Source: Candidatus Omnitrophota bacterium
GTDB lineage: Bacteria > Ratteibacteria > UBA8468 > B48-G9 > JAFGKM01
Assembly (NCBI GenBank): GCA_023818645.1
Contig: JAMWCJ010000003.1
Coordinates: 1 to 55,698 of the forward strand
Length of the DNA stretch: 55,698 bases
Direction: 5' to 3'
The notes below the pieces were generated by a model. The model worked only from the letters and a program-made list of their open reading frames with translations. It was not told the DNA's origin and ran no database searches. Shown piece after piece: positions 51,809 through 55,698 of this stretch. Every line of letters starts with the position of its first letter. Within the stretch, counting starts at the first letter, position 1. Made by a program: the position numbers and the translations under genes.

Positions 51809-53671
51809 TTAAAACTTTTCAAGTAATCCACCTTCTATCTTTTCTTCTGACTTTTTAACATCTGGTTTTGTAATTTCAACTGATTCTTCATAAGATGAGA
51901 TAATATGAGGAGTTATAAAAATTAATAGTTCACTTTTATTTCTATCAAAACTTGGTTTTTTAAATAAATATCCAAGGATAGGAATTCTTCTTAAAAAAGG
52001 AATGCCAGATTCTTTTGCTTCTTCTCTACTTCTTATCATTCCACCTATAACAAGTGTTTCTTTGTCATATAGAACAACGCTTTGAGTTGTCATTCTTTCA
52101 GATAAAATTGGGATTTCAATTGAATATCTTTGGTCAGCAGTCATTGCTTCAAGTTTTCTCCTTTCAATTAGATTTGAATCATATATGTTTAGATTAAGCA
52201 TAATTGTTCTGTTTCTTTGTATCAAAGGTGTAACTTCAAATTCAGTTCCAATTATTTCTTCTTGTAGATTTATTGCACTTGCAGTAGTTACTGTTGGTGC
52301 TCCTGTTGCTGGTGTTGTTATTGTTTGTTGTGTTTCAGGTATTATATAAGGTTCATTTTGTGTTACTGCTATATATGCAGTTGTTCCGTTTATACAGGTA
52401 ATTTTTGGTGCTTGAATTATTTTTGCCTTACCCCTTGTTGCAAGTGCCTGAATTAATGTATTGAAATCTCTATTGGTTACTCCAAAAGAAAATCCAGTTG
52501 GTAATGTTTGTGTTAATCCAGGAGTATATGTGATATTATCTCCAAATCTTGGGCCAGTTAAAGTTCCGTCAATAGCGTTAATCATTCTTGAACTTATCAT
52601 CCAGTCAATAGAAAATTGATTACCTTCAGAAGTTGCTACTTCTACAATTTTACATTCAAGAAGAACTTGAGAAACAGGTGTATCAAGTGTAGAAATAACA
52701 CCTTCTATATTTCTTAAAATATTTTCACTTTGTGCTTCAGCTATTATTGAATTTGTTGTTGGTTCAGGATAAGCAGTTATTCCTTTAAAAACTTCTCTTA
52801 ACGCTTTTACAATTGTACTGGCATCTGTGTAATAAAGTTTAAATACTCTTCTTGCTTTCTGGATCTCTTTAATTTTTTCCTGATATTCTTCTTTTGTCAT
52901 TATCTTTATTATTCCATTTTCTTCTATATATTTAAGTCCATTCTGTTCACATATAGTATCAAGAACTATTCTAATTGGTATATCTTTGAAACTGAGTGTA
53001 ACCTTTCCAGAAACATTAGGACTTAAAATATAACTTACTCCAGTAATTTGATACAATTCATCCAATGCTTCTTTGAGGTTCATATCTTTTAATTCAATCG
53101 TTACTTTTTTATTCCCTATTTCACCTAATTTTGGTCTTTCTTCTTCAATTTTTCTCAAAACTATTTCTTCCATCTGTCTTCTTGCTTTACTTGCAAGTCG
53201 TATTGTTTCAGTAAACATATTACTTTCATATGATTTTTGAGCAAGATTGAAAGTAGATGTTGGTTCCAATTTTTCTATATCTGAAAGGTTATATTTTTCA
53301 TTAACTTCATTAAAATATTTACTTGTTTCTAATAATGCCTGTTGTGCCTGAAATGCCAATTTTTCGAACTCCTCTTCCCTATTAACTATAATCTCACCTT
53401 TTAAATCTTCACCTATCTTAAATTCCTCTTTTGTATTAAGTTTTCCAAGTCGTGCCTGTGAATTTTTAAGATATCTATCAACATCTGATTTTCTGTAATT
53501 TGGGTTTATTGATTTTATTTTAGTGAAAGTTGCAATTGCATTAGGATAGTCCTTTTTGAGATAATAAGAAACTCCAAGATTATATAAATCCCTCAAATTT
53601 TCTTGAGTATATAAGTTAAAATTCAAAAAAATTAAAATCAATAGTAAAATTAACCCACTTTTTCTTATCAT
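51809..53671 (-). CDS. Second secretin, PilQ-like, with an N-terminal TPR-like/helical extension
   Basis: Signal peptide, a TPR-like unit (LYNLGVSYYLKKDYPNAIATFTKIKSINPNY), an N0/STN-like domain (LKDMNLKEALDELYQITGVSYILSPNVSGKVTLSFKDIP), a secretin core (QVLLECKIVEVAT...) and GIPFLRRIPILGYLFKK....ELLIFITPHII. Confidence 0.85.
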   Translation of the reverse strand: MIRKSGLILLLILIFLNFNLYTQENLRDLYNLGVSYYLKKDYPNAIATFTKIKSINPNYRKSDVDRYLKNSQARLGKLNTKEEFKIGEDLKGEIIVNREEEFEKLAFQAQQALLETSKYFNEVNEKYNLSDIEKLEPTSTFNLAQKSYESNMFTETIRLASKARRQMEEIVLRKIEEERPKLGEIGNKKVTIELKDMNLKEALDELYQITGVSYILSPNVSGKVTLSFKDIPIRIVLDTICEQNGLKYIEENGIIKIMTKEEYQEKIKEIQKARRVFKLYYTDASTIVKALREVFKGITAYPEPTTNSIIAEAQSENILRNIEGVISTLDTPVSQVLLECKIVEVATSEGNQFSIDWMISSRMINAIDGTLTGPRFGDNITYTPGLTQTLPTGFSFGVTNRDFNTLIQALATRGKAKIIQAPKITCINGTTAYIAVTQNEPYIIPETQQTITTPATGAPTVTTASAINLQEEIIGTEFEVTPLIQRNRTIMLNLNIYDSNLIERRKLEAMTADQRYSIEIPILSERMTTQSVVLYDKETLVIGGMIRSREEAKESGIPFLRRIPILGYLFKKPSFDRNKSELLIFITPHIISSYEESVEITKPDVKKSEEKIEGGLLEKF

Positions 53672-53719
53672 ATACTTCCTCCTTTTATAATTTTATTTCT
53701 TTTAATTAGTTTTGTCAAG

Positions 53720-55698
53720 TTATTTTACATCTATTGAATATATCAACCCTTCCTTTGATAAAATTAATTTTTTATCCTCTCTTTTCATTAATCTGTACCC
53801 TTCTACTTCATCTCCTATTGTTACTTTATATGTTTTTTTCTCTCCTTCAATAAAGAAATATTCAACACCTTCTAATATCATTCTGCCTCTATAAATAAGT
53901 TTACATTCTTTTTGAGGAAGAATAAATGGAGTGGTTTTTACTTCTGGGACTTTTTCAATTTCTGACAGTTTTGTAGATATAGAAACTTGTTCTGGTTTAG
54001 TAATAATTGGCTTTTCAACAGGAGATACTTTTGGTACTTCTGGCTTTTCAACAGGAGAGATTTTTGGTACTTCTGGTTTTTCAGGTTCAGTTATTTTTTC
54101 TTCTGCCTTTAAAATACTTACAAATTTTTGTGTTTTCATAATTGAGATAACATCGGGTTTTTTAGCATATATTATATTTGTAGGAGTAGGTTTTTTCATA
54201 ACTTCCATCGTTAACCTTCCAGTAGAAAATGGGTCTCTTTTTCCCTCTATGTCAATTTTTTCTTTTGTATAGTAAACAAGTTTTTCTTCTTCTATAACCT
54301 CTTTTTTCTTTTCCGGTGCAGGTCTTACTTCTGCCATTTCACCTACTATAAGTTTTAATCTTTCTTCAGGAGAAACTAATTTTTTGAGATATAATAATAG
54401 TTCTACAATCCACGCAAATATAAGAACTATAAAAACAAATTTAAATATATTTCTTCTTAAAAAGGACCTGAGATTGAAAGGTTCTTTATAAACAGCAACC
54501 TTAACTTTTTCTTTTGGAATAATTTTTGCTTTTTCAGGAACAATTTTTACACGTTTTTTCTTTAGAATTTCTTTTTTCTTAAGATTTATAAGATTTGTAA
54601 TGTTCTTTTTTGTATCATTTAATTGAAATTCTGGAATTTTATCTGTTTCAACAACTATTTTAGATATGTTGTCTATATATGTTTTAATTTTTTGTTGTTC
54701 TTCTTTTCTTCTTATTATTTCTTCTTTTTCAGGTCTTGTTATTTTTATCTCTTTTACAGGTATCTTTTCTTTCTTTTTTAGAAGGATTTCTTTTCTTTCT
54801 TTTTCAAGTTTTTTTGCTATTTCAATAAGTTCTAGTTTTCTTTGTCTTTCAATTGTTTTTTTGTAAAGAATAAGATTGGTGTAAAGGAGGTTTTTTTCCT
54901 TTTCTATTTGATTTAGAAGTGCTTTATATCTTATAAAATTGAATAAATTCTGTTTGTTTTTTATTCGTAAGTTCTTTTGCTCTAATTTCTTTTGAAGTTT
55001 CCTTTTCTCTCTTTCTTTCTGCCTTTCTTTCTCTAACTCTAACTTCTTCTTTAACTCCTCTTGCTTTTTCTCCTCTAACTGCTTCCTTAACTCTTCCTTT
55101 TCCTTCCTCTGTCTTTCTCTTTCCTCCTGTATTTTCTTTATTTGCTCCTGTCTTTCTCTCTCTTTCTCCTCCTTCTCTTTTTCTTTTAATTCTAATACCT
55201 TTTGTTTCTCCTTGCTTCTCCTTTCCTTTAATTCCTGTTTTTCTAATAGTAACTTTTCCCTTAATCTCTTATTCTCTTCTACTTTCTTCTTTAATAACTC
55301 TAATATCTCCTCTCTTTTCTTTAATTTTTCTTGCTTTTCTTTTCTAACTTGCTCTAATCTTTTCTCTTTTTCCTGTTCTCTTTCCTTTAATAGTTCCTGT
55401 TTCCTTTTCTCTCTTTCTTTCTGCCTTTCTTTCTCTAACTCTAACTTCTTCTTTAACTCCTCTTGCTTTTTCTCCTCTAACTGCTTCCTTAACTCTTCCT
55501 TTTCCTTCCTCTGTCTTTCTCTTTCCTCCTGTATTTTCTTTATTTGCTCCTGTCTTTCTCTCTCTTTCTCTTCCTTCTGCTTTTCTTTTAATTCTAAATA
55601 TTTTTTTCTTTTTTCTTTTCTTCTTTTACTATTTAATATAAATGCTTTGTCTGCTTCTTCTGGTTTTTTTTCTTTGTTTATTTCCTTATCAGTCCAAT
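53720..55698 (-). CDS. PilP/GspC-like secretin-docking protein fused to a very long Glu/Lys/Arg coiled-coil N-terminal region (5' end outside the window)
   Basis: I checked every in-frame triplet from 54338 to 55696 on the minus strand and found no stop and no ATG/GTG/TTG. The 205-aa track ORF (53720..54337) is therefore only the tail of an ORF of at least 658 aa. Layout: over 430 aa of polyampholyte coiled coil, one TM (IFKFVFIVLIFAWIVELLLYL, about 54386-54448), an RDPF motif, Pro-rich PEVPK(I/V)SPVEK repeats, and a C-terminal beta domain LIYRGRMILEGVEYFFIEGEKKTYKVTIGDEVEGYRL that fits the PilP/GspC HR pattern. Confidence 0.7.
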   Translation of the reverse strand, partial: WTDKEINKEKKPEEADKAFILNSKRRKEKRKKYLELKEKQKEEKERERQEQIKKIQEERERQRKEKEELRKQLEEKKQEELKKKLELEKERQKEREKRKQELLKEREQEKEKRLEQVRKEKQEKLKKREEILELLKKKVEENKRLREKLLLEKQELKERRSKEKQKVLELKEKEKEEKERERQEQIKKIQEERERQRKEKEELRKQLEEKKQEELKKKLELEKERQKEREKRKLQKKLEQKNLRIKNKQNLFNFIRYKALLNQIEKEKNLLYTNLILYKKTIERQRKLELIEIAKKLEKERKEILLKKKEKIPVKEIKITRPEKEEIIRRKEEQQKIKTYIDNISKIVVETDKIPEFQLNDTKKNITNLINLKKKEILKKKRVKIVPEKAKIIPKEKVKVAVYKEPFNLRSFLRRNIFKFVFIVLIFAWIVELLLYLKKLVSPEERLKLIVGEMAEVRPAPEKKKEVIEEEKLVYYTKEKIDIEGKRDPFSTGRLTMEVMKKPTPTNIIYAKKPDVISIMKTQKFVSILKAEEKITEPEKPEVPKISPVEKPEVPKVSPVEKPIITKPEQVSISTKLSEIEKVPEVKTTPFILPQKECKLIYRGRMILEGVEYFFIEGEKKTYKVTIGDEVEGYRLMKREDKKLILSKEGLIYSIDVK
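54011..54076. repeat. 33-bp tandem repeat (2 copies plus a partial third) encoding the Pro-rich spacer
   Basis: Copy 1 is cttttcaacaggagatacttttggtacttctgg (54011-54043) and copy 2 is cttttcaacaggagagatttttggtacttctgg (54044-54076). They encode PEVPKVSPVEK and PEVPKISPVEK. Confidence 0.8.
54997..55597. repeat. In-frame intragenic direct duplication, two copies 402 bp apart
   Basis: 54997-55168 is identical to 55399-55570 (172 bp). Similarity extends to about 199 bp (to 55195/55597) with 3 mismatches. The 402-bp offset equals 134 codons. Confidence 0.85.

Noticed and set aside
53931-54866. Plus-strand ORFs 53712..53894, 53931..54272 and 54666..54866
   Set aside because: They are antisense shadows of the long PilP-like/coiled-coil gene. 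Their Phe/Ser-rich translations are the complement of Glu/Lys codons.
54997-55597. Repeated 172-bp units considered as a CRISPR array, IS terminal repeats or a satellite
   Set aside because: There are only two copies, far longer than CRISPR repeats, and they are in-frame inside a continuous ORF. The intervening sequence has the same coding character, so this is an intragenic duplication.
1-55698. Search for tRNA, rRNA, CRISPR arrays, riboswitches upstream of pur/fol/thy genes, and recognisable anti-phage defence modules
   Set aside because: The intergenic regions are too short, lack cloverleaf-like or repeat-spacer structure, and the leaders (e.g. 761-785 before purE) are too short for riboswitches. 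I recognised no nuclease/helicase/reverse-transcriptase defence-type ORFs.

Overview
Strongly AT-rich (about 27-30% GC by eye) and very gene-dense (over 95% coding, many 4-35 nt gene overlaps) bacterial chromosome segment. It comes from a diderm, probably uncultivated, streamlined lineage; I cannot assign a taxon from sequence alone. No rRNA, tRNA or CRISPR array was found. Positions 1-41,900 are mostly housekeeping: purE/purC/purF/purB, tsaC(sua5), GH38 mannosidase, clpB, lgt-lspA, dksA-like, archease, gyrBA, trx, gmk, an ABC exporter, ispA-like, alr, pyrF, a wecA-like gene, folK, miaA, an archaeal-type thyA-like gene, polX, an ECF sigma/anti-sigma pair, rpsT, holA-like/lptE-like/TPR genes and polA. 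An internally deleted transposase relic sits at the left edge. The most interesting part is 41,926-55,698, one tightly packed minus-strand operon. It reads: a PilP/GspC-like protein with a very long Glu/Lys/Arg coiled coil (runs off the window; the ORF track shows only its last 205 aa), a TPR-fused PilQ-like secretin, a secreted HEAT-repeat/Gly-Arg-rich protein, a second GspD-type secretin, then GspE, F, G, H, I, J, K and L-like and M-like genes. This is a T2SS-like machine with two different secretins, and no GspC, GspN or prepilin peptidase is visible. Within it, gspH is split by a frameshift in an A9/T9 homopolymer. The coiled-coil gene carries a 172-bp perfect in-frame duplication at 402-bp spacing.
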